Source of the DNA: an uncultured Gammaproteobacteria bacterium
GTDB lineage: Bacteria > Patescibacteriota > Microgenomatia > UBA8517
Reading direction: 5' to 3'
Assembly (NCBI GenBank): GCA_964599625.1
Contig: CAZRGC010000003.1
Location: 97,759-161,758 of the forward strand
Length of the DNA: 64,000 nucleotides
The translations under genes were made by a program, and so were the position numbers. Shown in pieces: positions 36,365 to 44,201 of the stretch; positions within the stretch are counted from its first letter, which is position 1, and each line of letters starts with the position of its first letter. Below the pieces are notes generated by a model, which worked only from the letters and a program-made list of their open reading frames with translations, did no database searches and was not told where the DNA came from.

Positions 36365-36393
36365 TTGCGGCGTTTTGGTATATCTGATATAAT
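36365..36393 (+). promoter_or_regulatory. promoter re-starting transcription toward rplC
   Basis: TTGCGG (36365-36370), a 17-nt spacer, then TGA-TATAAT (36388-36393). Confidence 0.45.
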
Positions 36394-36465
36394 TCCGAAT
36401 AACAAATATGGTGGTTACAATGTTTGCTCAACCACGCTAAGTTAGTCTTTGGCAGATGCCTCACT

Positions 36466-36489
36466 GGCGCCTTCCGAAGGCGCTTTTTT
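36466..36489 (+). terminator. terminator-like hairpin inside the rplC leader (attenuator or end of a ~90-nt small RNA)
   Basis: GCGCCTT (36467-36473) pairs with AAGGCGC (36477-36483). T6 follows at 36484-36489, 50 nt upstream of the rplC ATG. Confidence 0.5.
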
Positions 36490-36539
36490 GTTTAATGTCC
36501 TTCGACTCGCAAGAGCTCGCTCTAGGATCCAAAACAAAT

Positions 36540-37265
36540 ATGATCAACACAATTTTAGGTTCCAAGCTGAAAAACAGTCAAACCTTCTTGCAAGGGTTTA
36601 GGATTCCCGTGACCAAAATCATGGCAGGCCCCTGTACAGTCACTCAAATTAAGAAAATGGACAAAGATGGATATTGGGCAGTTCAGATCGGATTCGGTAC
36701 CAGACGCACCAAAGTTACTTCAAAAGCACTCCAAGGACACCTCAAACTAACAGCAAAAGAAAACCTTTTCCCCAGACATCTTAGAGAAATAAGATTAACA
36801 GAAGAACCCGAGTTTAAAGTAGGCGATACAATAAATGTCGCCGATATTTTTGCTGCAGGGGACGTTGTTGCTGTCACTGGGGTTTCCAAAGGCAAGGGAT
36901 TTGCCGGCGTTGTCAAAAGGCACGGTTTTCGTGGAGGACCCAGAACTCATGGACAATCTGACCGCGAACGCGCACCCGGATCAATCGGACAAACAACAAC
37001 ACCAGGCAGGGTCTACAGAGGCAAAAGAATGGCAGGAAGAATGGGTGGCGAACAAATAACCATCAAAAATTTGCATGTGGTATCAGTGAATGCAGACACC
37101 GGCGAGGTGGAAATTTCAGGACAGGTTCCGGGATCCGTTGGAACACTTCTTTCAATCAAAAAGATCAAAGCAGGCAGTCTTAAAGATTTGGAACACGAAA
37201 CAGTTGCTCAGGTAGTAGAAGGAGAAGGTGCTAAGGTTGCAGGTTCGGCACCAAAATCAGAATAA
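36540..37265 (+). CDS. rplC: 50S ribosomal protein L3
   Basis: MINTILGSKL..PVTKIMAGPCTVTQIK and GKGFAGVVKRHGFRGGPRTHGQS. The track start at 36456 would read through the leader hairpin, so ATG 36540 is preferred. Confidence 0.93.
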   Translation: MINTILGSKLKNSQTFLQGFRIPVTKIMAGPCTVTQIKKMDKDGYWAVQIGFGTRRTKVTSKALQGHLKLTAKENLFPRHLREIRLTEEPEFKVGDTINVADIFAAGDVVAVTGVSKGKGFAGVVKRHGFRGGPRTHGQSDRERAPGSIGQTTTPGRVYRGKRMAGRMGGEQITIKNLHVVSVNADTGEVEISGQVPGSVGTLLSIKKIKAGSLKDLEHETVAQVVEGEGAKVAGSAPKSE

Positions 37266-37270
37266 TCAAA

Positions 37271-37933
37271 ATGCTGAAAATAAATTCATACACACTCAAA
37301 GGTGAGAAGAAAGGAGAAATAGTTCTTCCCAAGGAGTTTGATGTCAAACTAAATCTTCCTTTGTTGGCTCAGGCAATTAGAGTTTACGAAGAAAGATCTC
37401 ATGTCGGTCTTAGAAACACAAAAACAAGATCCGAGGTCAACAGAACCACCAAAAAAATTTACAAACAAAAAGGAACAGGTGGGGCCAGACATGGAAGCAG
37501 ACGCGCTAACGTGTTTGTGGGCGGAGGCATAACTTTTGGTCCCAGACCGGAACGAAGAATCTTAACTCTTACTTCGGCTCTTAAGTCTTTGGCAAAAATG
37601 ACAGCCTTTGTTTACAAAGCAAGTGAAAAGTCGCTGATTGCTGTCGAAGGCCTTTCTAAAATTGATAAGACAAAAGTAGCCGGAGAATTTCTCAAAAAGT
37701 TATCCACCGAGCTTAAGGCAAATAGGTTCACTTTTGTAATTGCAGACAAAAACGCCGCTTCAAGAAAGTTCCTTAGAAACTTGGGCAATGCTGTTCCGAT
37801 TTCGTTCAAAGAAGTTAGCGCCTTTGATGTGGCCCGCGGTGGTGTTGTAATAATGGACGCTGATATTTTTGAAAAAGCAGCCGACAAAGCCGTAAAGACT
37901 GTCAAAAAGATAGCTGTTAAGAAGCAAACATAA
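37271..37933 (+). CDS. rplD: 50S ribosomal protein L4
   Basis: QKGTGGARHGSRRANVFVGGGITFGPRP. Confidence 0.95.
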   Translation: MLKINSYTLKGEKKGEIVLPKEFDVKLNLPLLAQAIRVYEERSHVGLRNTKTRSEVNRTTKKIYKQKGTGGARHGSRRANVFVGGGITFGPRPERRILTLTSALKSLAKMTAFVYKASEKSLIAVEGLSKIDKTKVAGEFLKKLSTELKANRFTFVIADKNAASRKFLRNLGNAVPISFKEVSAFDVARGGVVIMDADIFEKAADKAVKTVKKIAVKKQT

Positions 37934-37950
37934 GAAATAAATATATAACT

Positions 37951-38226
37951 ATGATTAAACCAGTATTTACAGAAAAAAGTTTAACGCTTGCCAGACAGGG
38001 TAAGTATTCATTTTGGGTGGACAAAAATGCAACCAAGCCCGCGCTTAAGGCTGCCATTGCAAAAATGTTTGGAGTTCATGTTTTGTCCATTAAAACAATC
38101 ACCATCCCGGGTGAATCCAAAAGAAATGTACGAGGCAAAAAGATAGTTGTTCTCCCAAGTAAGAAGGCGGTTGTAACTCTCAAAAAAGACGAAAAAATAG
38201 ACATTTTTGAAGAAACCAAGAAATAA
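37951..38226 (+). CDS. rplW: 50S ribosomal protein L23
   Basis: 91 aa in the conserved operon position, with IKPVFTEKS...VDKNATK. Confidence 0.9.
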   Translation: MIKPVFTEKSLTLARQGKYSFWVDKNATKPALKAAIAKMFGVHVLSIKTITIPGESKRNVRGKKIVVLPSKKAVVTLKKDEKIDIFEETKK

Positions 38227-38264
38227 AACATAGAATATAGAACATAAAACATAAAAAATAAAAT

Positions 38265-39017
38265 ATGAAAAGACTCAAATCAATATTATCCAAAAAATCA
38301 GGACGTGCAGGGGGAACAGTTGTTGTCAGACACCAAGGTGGACGACACAAAAGATTTTTGAGAGAAATCGATTTTAAGCGTGTTCACAAGGATGTTTGGG
38401 GAGTTGTTCAGGCAGTAGAATACGATCCCAACAGAAACTCAGAAATCGCCCTGGTACTTTACGAAAACGGCAAGAGAGGGTATATTTTGTCTCCTGTCGG
38501 TCTTACGGTTGGGATGAAGGTGATAAGCTCAGAGTCCGCGCCAATAGAGCCCGGGAACTCACTTCCTTTAAAATTGATTCCAGTGGGTGCTCAGGTTCAC
38601 AACATAGAATTAACAAAAGGCAAAGGTGGCCAAATAGTTAAAGGGGCAGGAAGCGCAGCCGTTATTTTTGGACGTGAAGAAGCTTGGATTTTGGTTAAGC
38701 TTCCGTCTGGAGAAATCAGAAGATTTGATCCGGAATGTTATGCCACAGTTGGTCAAGTCGGCAATGTTGATGCCAAAAACGAGATAATGGGGAAAGCGGG
38801 AAGAGTGAGGCATATGGGTGTAAGACCTTCAGTTCGTGGAGTTGCAATGCATCCTAATGCACATCCTCACGGAGGAGGAGAAGGAAGAAGTGGAATTGGT
38901 ATGAAGCACCCCAAGACTTTTTATGGTAGAAGTGCAGTCGGAAAAACAAGGGCTAAGAAAAAATATTCTGATAGACTAATAGTTCAAAGGAAGGGAGGCA
39001 AAGCCCTTCTGGGTTAA
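38265..39017 (+). CDS. rplB: 50S ribosomal protein L2 (short N-terminus)
   Basis: VRHQGGRHKRFLREIDFKR, VEYDPNRNSEIALV, HPHGGGEGRS. The usual N-terminal KPxTPGRR segment is absent. Confidence 0.93.
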   Translation: MKRLKSILSKKSGRAGGTVVVRHQGGRHKRFLREIDFKRVHKDVWGVVQAVEYDPNRNSEIALVLYENGKRGYILSPVGLTVGMKVISSESAPIEPGNSLPLKLIPVGAQVHNIELTKGKGGQIVKGAGSAAVIFGREEAWILVKLPSGEIRRFDPECYATVGQVGNVDAKNEIMGKAGRVRHMGVRPSVRGVAMHPNAHPHGGGEGRSGIGMKHPKTFYGRSAVGKTRAKKKYSDRLIVQRKGGKALLG

Positions 39018-39025
39018 TTTAAATT

Positions 39026-39307
39026 ATGGCAAGAAGTTCAAAAAAGGGTCCGTTTGTAGACCCGATACTAGTCAAAAAGTTGGAAAAAGGAATGGGCACA
39101 AAAGAAAGCCCTATCAAAACCTGGTCCAGAAGATGCCAAATTTCACCGGAATTTGTTGGTAAATATTTTCAGGTTCATAACGGTCGTGTATTTATCGATG
39201 TATTTGTAACAGAAGACATGGTCGGCCATAGGCTTGGTGAGTTTTCACCTACAAGAACATTCAGAGGACACGGAGAGATAGTCAAAAGAACGATGGACAA
39301 GACGTAA
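39026..39307 (+). CDS. rpsS: 30S ribosomal protein S19
   Basis: [11 protein letters not shown] and [16 protein letters not shown]. Confidence 0.96.
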   Translation: MARSSKKGPFVDPILVKKLEKGMGTKESPIKTWSRRCQISPEFVGKYFQVHNGRVFIDVFVTEDMVGHRLGEFSPTRTFRGHGEIVKRTMDKT

Positions 39308-39341
39308 ATGTCTTCGTCTGGCGACGTAAAAAAGTAAAACT

Positions 39342-39803
39342 ATGGAAAAAACATACACATCAACTCAAAAATATCTGATTATGAGTCCTAGAAAAATAAG
39401 ACTTGTAACTGAACTTGTAAAAAAGATGAAACCGCTTGATGCGATTGAGAAGTTGCCCTTTGTTCAAAAAAGAGCAGGAGAGGTTGTTGCAAAAGTAATA
39501 AAAAGCGCTTTAGCAAACGCTAGAGTTCAGGGTGCGACCGATACAGATTTGGTTTTTAAAGAGATTCAAGTTGGCGAAGGACCCAGACTCAAAAGAGGTA
39601 GGGCTGCAAGCCGCGGAAGATGGCATCCGTTTAAACACAGAATGTCACACATTAGAGTGGTTTTGGTATCAGGTAAACAAGTAAAGACAGTGGAAGCCGA
39701 AGTGACCAAGAAAGTAGAAGATAAAGAAGTCAAAGCAGAAGTAGTGAAGAAAGAGACGCCGGCAAAAAAAGCCGCAGCAAAGAAAAATGGGACAAAAGGT
39801 TAA
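39342..39803 (+). CDS. rplV: 50S ribosomal protein L22 with Lys/Glu/Val-rich C-terminal extension
   Basis: SPRKIRLVTELV and GEGPRLKRGRAASRGRWHPFKHRMSHIRVVL, followed by a ~45-aa KKVEDKEVKAEVVKKETPAKKAAAKK tail. Confidence 0.92.
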   Translation: MEKTYTSTQKYLIMSPRKIRLVTELVKKMKPLDAIEKLPFVQKRAGEVVAKVIKSALANARVQGATDTDLVFKEIQVGEGPRLKRGRAASRGRWHPFKHRMSHIRVVLVSGKQVKTVEAEVTKKVEDKEVKAEVVKKETPAKKAAAKKNGTKG

Positions 39804-40443
39804 TCCAATCGGTATAAGAATCGGAAGCTACCTTCCTTGGAAATCAAGATGGTTTGCCGACGGTGGTGTTCTGAAGGACTTTTTGGTGGAAGATATCAAA
39901 ATCAGAAAAGGACTCATGGAACGTCTCAAGCTTGCCGGAGTCACAACTGTTGAAATCGAAAGACTTCCCAAAAGCATGGTGATTTCGATAACAGTCAGTA
40001 GGCCAGGAGTTGTAATTGGGCGAGGCGGAACAGGAATCGAAGACGTCAAAAAATTCGTAATGAGCATAATTAACGAGGTTAGAAAGAAAAAAGTTAAAGA
40101 TCTTAAAATCGACATTAGAATCAATGAAGTCAAAAATGCAGAACTTTCGGCACATCTTGTTGCAGGAAGGATTGTGGGAGAGTTGGAACGTAGAATTCCC
40201 CACAGACGTGCAGTTACAAAAGCTCTCGAAAGAGTAATGGCCTCGGGGGCCTTGGGAGCCAAAGTTGTTTTGGCAGGGCGCATAAACGGAGCAGAAATCA
40301 GCAGAGTTGAAAAGTTCCATGTTGGATCTGTTCCCACTCAAACACTTAGAGAAACTGTCGATTATGCACAGACACCGGCATCGCTTAAAAGAGGTTATGT
40401 CGGGGTAAAAGTTTGGATACACAAAAAACAGGAAGGTAATTAA
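39787..40443 (+). CDS. rpsC: 30S ribosomal protein S3
   Basis: MGQKVNPIGIRIG and a KH domain. It overlaps the rplV 3' end. Confidence 0.96.
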   Translation: MGQKVNPIGIRIGSYLPWKSRWFADGGVLKDFLVEDIKIRKGLMERLKLAGVTTVEIERLPKSMVISITVSRPGVVIGRGGTGIEDVKKFVMSIINEVRKKKVKDLKIDIRINEVKNAELSAHLVAGRIVGELERRIPHRRAVTKALERVMASGALGAKVVLAGRINGAEISRVEKFHVGSVPTQTLRETVDYAQTPASLKRGYVGVKVWIHKKQEGN

Positions 40444-40448
40444 CGATT

Positions 40449-40859
40449 ATGATGCAACCAAAGCGAAGAAAGTTTGTAAAAGAGTTTAGGGGAAGACGAC
40501 GCGGTCTCGCTACCCGCGGTGCCAGTATGGCTTTTGGAGAATTTGCACTGAAGGCTCAGGAAGTTTCTTGGATAACATCTGCTCAGATTGAGGCAGCTAG
40601 AAGAAGCATAACCCACAATCTAAAAAAAGGTGGACGTGTTTGGATTAGAATTTTTCCGGACAAGCCCATTACCAGTAGGCCAGCAGGAAAAAGAATGGGT
40701 GGAGGAAAGGGAGATATTTCGACATATGTTGCAGTAGTTAAACCCGGAATGATACTTTTTGAAGTTGCAGGGGCAGCGGAAGATGTGGTTAGGACTGCAT
40801 TCAAAAGAGCATCCGCCAAGCTCCCGATAGATGTCAAGATAGTTACAAGAGAAGACTAA
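40449..40859 (+). CDS. rplP: 50S ribosomal protein L16
   Basis: MQPKRRKF..RGRRRG..FGEFALKA and RMGGGKG. Confidence 0.96.
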   Translation: MMQPKRRKFVKEFRGRRRGLATRGASMAFGEFALKAQEVSWITSAQIEAARRSITHNLKKGGRVWIRIFPDKPITSRPAGKRMGGGKGDISTYVAVVKPGMILFEVAGAAEDVVRTAFKRASAKLPIDVKIVTRED

Positions 40860-40863
40860 GACT

Positions 40864-41091
40864 ATGAAAAGAAAAGAATTTACAGATTTAAAAACAAAAC
40901 AGATAAAAGACCTTTTAAAAATGGTTTCTGCCAAAAGTCTTGAGGCGGGCAAGAAACAAATGGAAGTGTCCGGAGGAAAAGAAAAGAATCTAAGATCGGT
41001 CAAAAATATCCGAAAAGATATTGCCAGAATTTTGACGTTAATCAAAGAAAAGCAGATAATCGAGACTTTGGAGAAAGGAGTGAATAAATAA
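40864..41091 (+). CDS. rpmC: 50S ribosomal protein L29
   Basis: 75 aa, helical, in the conserved position between rplP and rpsQ. Confidence 0.85.
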   Translation: MKRKEFTDLKTKQIKDLLKMVSAKSLEAGKKQMEVSGGKEKNLRSVKNIRKDIARILTLIKEKQIIETLEKGVNK

Positions 41092-41094
41092 TTT

Positions 41095-41340
41095 ATGAAA
41101 ATTTTTAGAGGAAAAGTAATCGGTAAAAAGATGACCAATACTGCGACTGTGGCTGTAGAGCGTGTTATTGTTCACCCTCTTTATCAAAAAAGATTCAGAC
41201 GCGATACAAAATATCAAGTCCACGACGAGATGGATACAAAAGTTGGTGATACTGTCAAATTTGCAGCCAGTAAACCCTATTCAAAGACAAAGAAATGGAA
41301 AATTTTGGAGATAGTTAAGGAGAAAGGGGGAGCCAAATAA
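41095..41340 (+). CDS. rpsQ: 30S ribosomal protein S17
   Basis: GKVIGKKMTNTATVAVERVIVHPLYQKRFRRDTKYQVHD. Confidence 0.95.
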   Translation: MKIFRGKVIGKKMTNTATVAVERVIVHPLYQKRFRRDTKYQVHDEMDTKVGDTVKFAASKPYSKTKKWKILEIVKEKGGAK

Positions 41341-41705
41341 TGGTGCAGTTAAGAACAATGTTGGTTCCTGCAGACAACAGCGGAGCCAAAAGACTCCAGA
41401 TAATTGGAGTTCCTGGAAGAGTTGGTAAAATTGCCACTTTGGGAGATGTTGTTCTTTGTGTAGTCAAAGGCGCGGACCCAACAGGTGTGGTGGCTGATCA
41501 CGAAAAAGTGAAAGTGCTTATCGTACGCACCAAAAAAGAAGTAGGCAGACCAGATGGAAGCTATATCAGATTTGACGATAACGCAGGGGTGGTAATTGAT
41601 AAACAAGGGTTGCCAAGGGGTACCAGAATATTGGGACCGGTTGCCCGCGAGGTTAAAGAGGCAGGGTACAACAAAATTGCATCACTCGCCCGTGAGGTTA
41701 TATAA
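41340..41705 (+). CDS. rplN: 50S ribosomal protein L14
   Basis: MVQLRTMLVPADNSGAK...IRFDDNAGV. Confidence 0.96.
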   Translation: MVQLRTMLVPADNSGAKRLQIIGVPGRVGKIATLGDVVLCVVKGADPTGVVADHEKVKVLIVRTKKEVGRPDGSYIRFDDNAGVVIDKQGLPRGTRILGPVAREVKEAGYNKIASLAREVI

Positions 41706-41720
41706 GCAAACAAAACAAAT

Positions 41721-42035
41721 ATGCTCAAAATTAAACTTGGAGACACAGTCAAAATAACAGCAGGCAAAGACAAAGGCCGCGAAGGGAAGGTTGAAAAAAT
41801 CTACCCAGAGGACTCAAAGGTTGTTGTGCCAGGCGTAAACCTGTACAAAAAACACGTTAAAGGTTTTGGTGACGTTAAGGGTGGAATCTACGAAATTCCC
41901 AGAGCTTTGGGATTTGGAAAAATTGCACTTATATGTCCAAAATGCAAAAAAATAACCAGAGTTGGTTTCAAATTTGCGGGTAAGGAAAAAGTGAGAGTTT
42001 GCCGCAAGTGCGGAAAAGAAATCGACGGTAAATAA
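41721..42035 (+). CDS. rplX: 50S ribosomal protein L24 (Cys4 variant)
   Basis: KOW motif GDTVKITAGKDKGREGKV. The C-terminal part carries CPKC..x18..CRKC. Confidence 0.92.
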   Translation: MLKIKLGDTVKITAGKDKGREGKVEKIYPEDSKVVVPGVNLYKKHVKGFGDVKGGIYEIPRALGFGKIALICPKCKKITRVGFKFAGKEKVRVCRKCGKEIDGK

Positions 42036-42040
42036 ACAAT

Positions 42041-42619
42041 ATGGAAAATAATAAACAAAGATTACAGGTTAAATACGAAAAAGAGGTTAAGCCGGTTTTG
42101 ATGAAAGAGTTTGGCATCAAACACGAACTGGCCACTCCCAAGATTGCCAAAGTGGTTGTTAATATGGGAGTCGGAAAACTCTCCAAGAACCAAGCCCAGA
42201 TGGACGCACTTAAAAAAGATATTGCTACCATGACAGGTCAGGCGCCGTCGGTCAGAAACGCGAAGGTTTCTATTGCGAGCTTCTCGCTCAGGGAAGGACA
42301 GCCTGTAGGTTTGTCAGTGACTCTTAGAGGTGCCTCTATGTACGGTTTTCTGGATAGACTAGTTTCTATAACCTTACCGCGTCTTAGGGACTTTAGAGGA
42401 GTTTCTGGTAAGTCTTTTGACCAGGCAGGCAACTACACCCTTGGTTTTCAGGAACATACGGTTTTTCCGGAAATTGACCCGACCCGGTCTGCTCAGCCTC
42501 ACGGAATGGAAGTAACAGTAGTTGTAACAGGCACCGATCCGTCAGATAAATCAGGCACAAACGTGGTAAAATCCAAAAGACTTTTAGAGCTTATGGGTAT
42601 GCCTTTTGAAAAACCCTAA
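42041..42619 (+). CDS. rplE: 50S ribosomal protein L5
   Basis: PKIAKVVVNMGVG and RDFRGVSGKSFDQAGNYTLGFQEHTVFPEI. Confidence 0.96.
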   Translation: MENNKQRLQVKYEKEVKPVLMKEFGIKHELATPKIAKVVVNMGVGKLSKNQAQMDALKKDIATMTGQAPSVRNAKVSIASFSLREGQPVGLSVTLRGASMYGFLDRLVSITLPRLRDFRGVSGKSFDQAGNYTLGFQEHTVFPEIDPTRSAQPHGMEVTVVVTGTDPSDKSGTNVVKSKRLLELMGMPFEKP

Positions 42620-42655
42620 GGTTTTTGGTTCTAAAGTACAAATAAATATAAACAT

Positions 42656-42841
42656 ATGGCAACAACAGCAAAAGAAGTAAGAGAAACAAAAAAATTAAAG
42701 TACGCAATTAGGTACCGCAATAGGTGCCGCCTTTGCGGAAGAAGCAGAGGTTACCTTAGAAAATATGGTATTTGCAGACTGTGTTTTAGAGAGCATGCCT
42801 TAAGAGGTGAAATTCCAGGTGTCAGAAAGGCAAGTTGGTAA
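42656..42841 (+). CDS. rpsN: 30S ribosomal protein S14, type Z (zinc form)
   Basis: 61 aa with [23 protein letters not shown]. Confidence 0.95.
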   Translation: MATTAKEVRETKKLKYAIRYRNRCRLCGRSRGYLRKYGICRLCFREHALRGEIPGVRKASW

Positions 42842-42853
42842 TTAATAATAACT

Positions 42854-43261
42854 ATGAAAAAAGCAGAAACAATCAAACACGGAACAGTTAACTACGGAGT
42901 AGGAGATTTTCTTATAAAAATCAAAAACTGTTCTATGGCCAAAAACAAAAGCCTGGTAACCAGATATACAAAACACAATATGGCTATCGCAGAAACTCTC
43001 AAGAAACTTGGCTATTTGGACGAAGTCAAAAAAGACGGACTCAACCTCCATCTTTCTCTGACATTCAAAAACAAAAGACCTGTAGTTATGGACCTCAAAC
43101 TTGTTTCCAAACCAGGACTTAGGGTTTACAAGGGAGTAGATGAAATTGAAAGCAAAAAAGGACCTTCCCTTCTTTTGATTTCTACACCTTTGGGAGTAAT
43201 TTCTTCCAAAGAAGCCATCAAAAAGAGAGTTGGCGGAGAAGTAATAGCAGAAATTTGGTAA
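42854..43261 (+). CDS. rpsH: 30S ribosomal protein S8
   Basis: 135 aa in operon position, with a C-terminal GGEVIAEIW. Confidence 0.92.
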   Translation: MKKAETIKHGTVNYGVGDFLIKIKNCSMAKNKSLVTRYTKHNMAIAETLKKLGYLDEVKKDGLNLHLSLTFKNKRPVVMDLKLVSKPGLRVYKGVDEIESKKGPSLLLISTPLGVISSKEAIKKRVGGEVIAEIW

Positions 43262-43265
43262 AAAT

Positions 43266-43814
43266 ATGTCAAAGATAGGAAGACAACCAATTAAAATTGC
43301 CCAAGGAGTAACGGTTGCGGCCGACAAATCAAATGTCAAAGTCACCGGTCCCAAAGGAACGCTTGATCTTGCATTGCCTGCAGGTGTAAGTGTGGAAGTT
43401 AAAGATGGTGAAGCGCTTGTGAATGTCAAAGGCACAGGTAAGTTTTACTCTAGCCTTCACGGAACAATCCGTTCGCGCATCAACAACAATGTAAAAGGTG
43501 TGAGTACGGGTTGGAATAGACAGCTTGAACTTGTGGGTACAGGTTTTAGGGCCGAAGTTTCGGGAAAAACATTGACACTTACTGTAGGATATTCTCACCC
43601 TGTAAAAATCGAGGCACCCGAAGGGATTACGTTCAAGGTGGAAAAATTAATAGTAACCGTTGAGGGTTACGATAGAGTAGTTGTCGGACAAGTGGCTGCA
43701 AATATCAGAGCAGTAAGACCGCCCGAACCATACAAAGGAAAAGGAATTAAATATGTCGACGAGGTTATAAGAAGAAAGCCTGGTAAAGCTGCAGCAAAAA
43801 CAACAGGAGCATAA
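43266..43814 (+). CDS. rplF: 50S ribosomal protein L6
   Basis: MSKIGRQPIKI..V.V.GPKGTL and PEPYKGKGIKY. Confidence 0.95.
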   Translation: MSKIGRQPIKIAQGVTVAADKSNVKVTGPKGTLDLALPAGVSVEVKDGEALVNVKGTGKFYSSLHGTIRSRINNNVKGVSTGWNRQLELVGTGFRAEVSGKTLTLTVGYSHPVKIEAPEGITFKVEKLIVTVEGYDRVVVGQVAANIRAVRPPEPYKGKGIKYVDEVIRRKPGKAAAKTTGA

Positions 43815-43832
43815 TCCCAGCAGTAAAATATT

Positions 43833-44192
43833 ATGAAAACAATACAACTTAAAGCTAAAAGACAAGCAAGAAGAAAAACAAGTGTTAAGTCCAAGATTTT
43901 TGGGACAACCGATAGGCCAAGACTTTCCGTTTTCAGGTCCAACCTGCACATTTACGGACAGTTGGTGGACGATGTTAAAGCTATTACAGTCGCAGCTTTT
44001 TCCGACCTTAAACTCAAAAAATCAGATAAAATGACAAAATCGCAAATTGCAGAAGCGGTTGGCGAGGAACTTGCCAAGCTCGCAGTTGCTAAAAAAGTCA
44101 AAAAAGTAATTTTTGACAGAAACGGATTTATTTATCACGGACGAGTAAAATCACTGGCAGAGGGAGCAAGAAAGGGAGGATTGGAGTTTTAA
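43833..44192 (+). CDS. rplR: 50S ribosomal protein L18
   Basis: [20 protein letters not shown] and [20 protein letters not shown]. Confidence 0.95.
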   Translation: MKTIQLKAKRQARRKTSVKSKIFGTTDRPRLSVFRSNLHIYGQLVDDVKAITVAAFSDLKLKKSDKMTKSQIAEAVGEELAKLAVAKKVKKVIFDRNGFIYHGRVKSLAEGARKGGLEF

Positions 44193-44201
44193 GATATAAA
44201 T

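Larger units (their letters stand above)
33292..36539 (+). other. foreign four-cassette island interrupting the rpsJ|rplC junction
   Basis: It holds four orphan ORFs, each with its own promoter and intrinsic terminator, three of them with a strong SD (ORF A's is weaker). There are three near-identical ~65-bp junctions. G+C is higher and Arg codons are CGN. No integrase or transposase is present. Confidence 0.75.

Noticed and set aside
33292-36539. The island might be a prophage, IS element or transposon.
   Set aside because: It contains no integrase, transposase, recombinase, terminal inverted repeats or convincing target-site duplication. Only a weak TTCGAC/AAGGC resemblance is seen between 33292-33307 and 36475-36505. 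The mobility mechanism is therefore left open.
36456-36539. The upstream ATG at 36456 given by the ORF track as the L3 start.
   Set aside because: The extension (MPHWRLPKALFCLMSFDSQELALGSKTN) is not L3-like and is read through the hairpin plus T6 at 36466-36489. L3 homology begins at the ATG at 36540.
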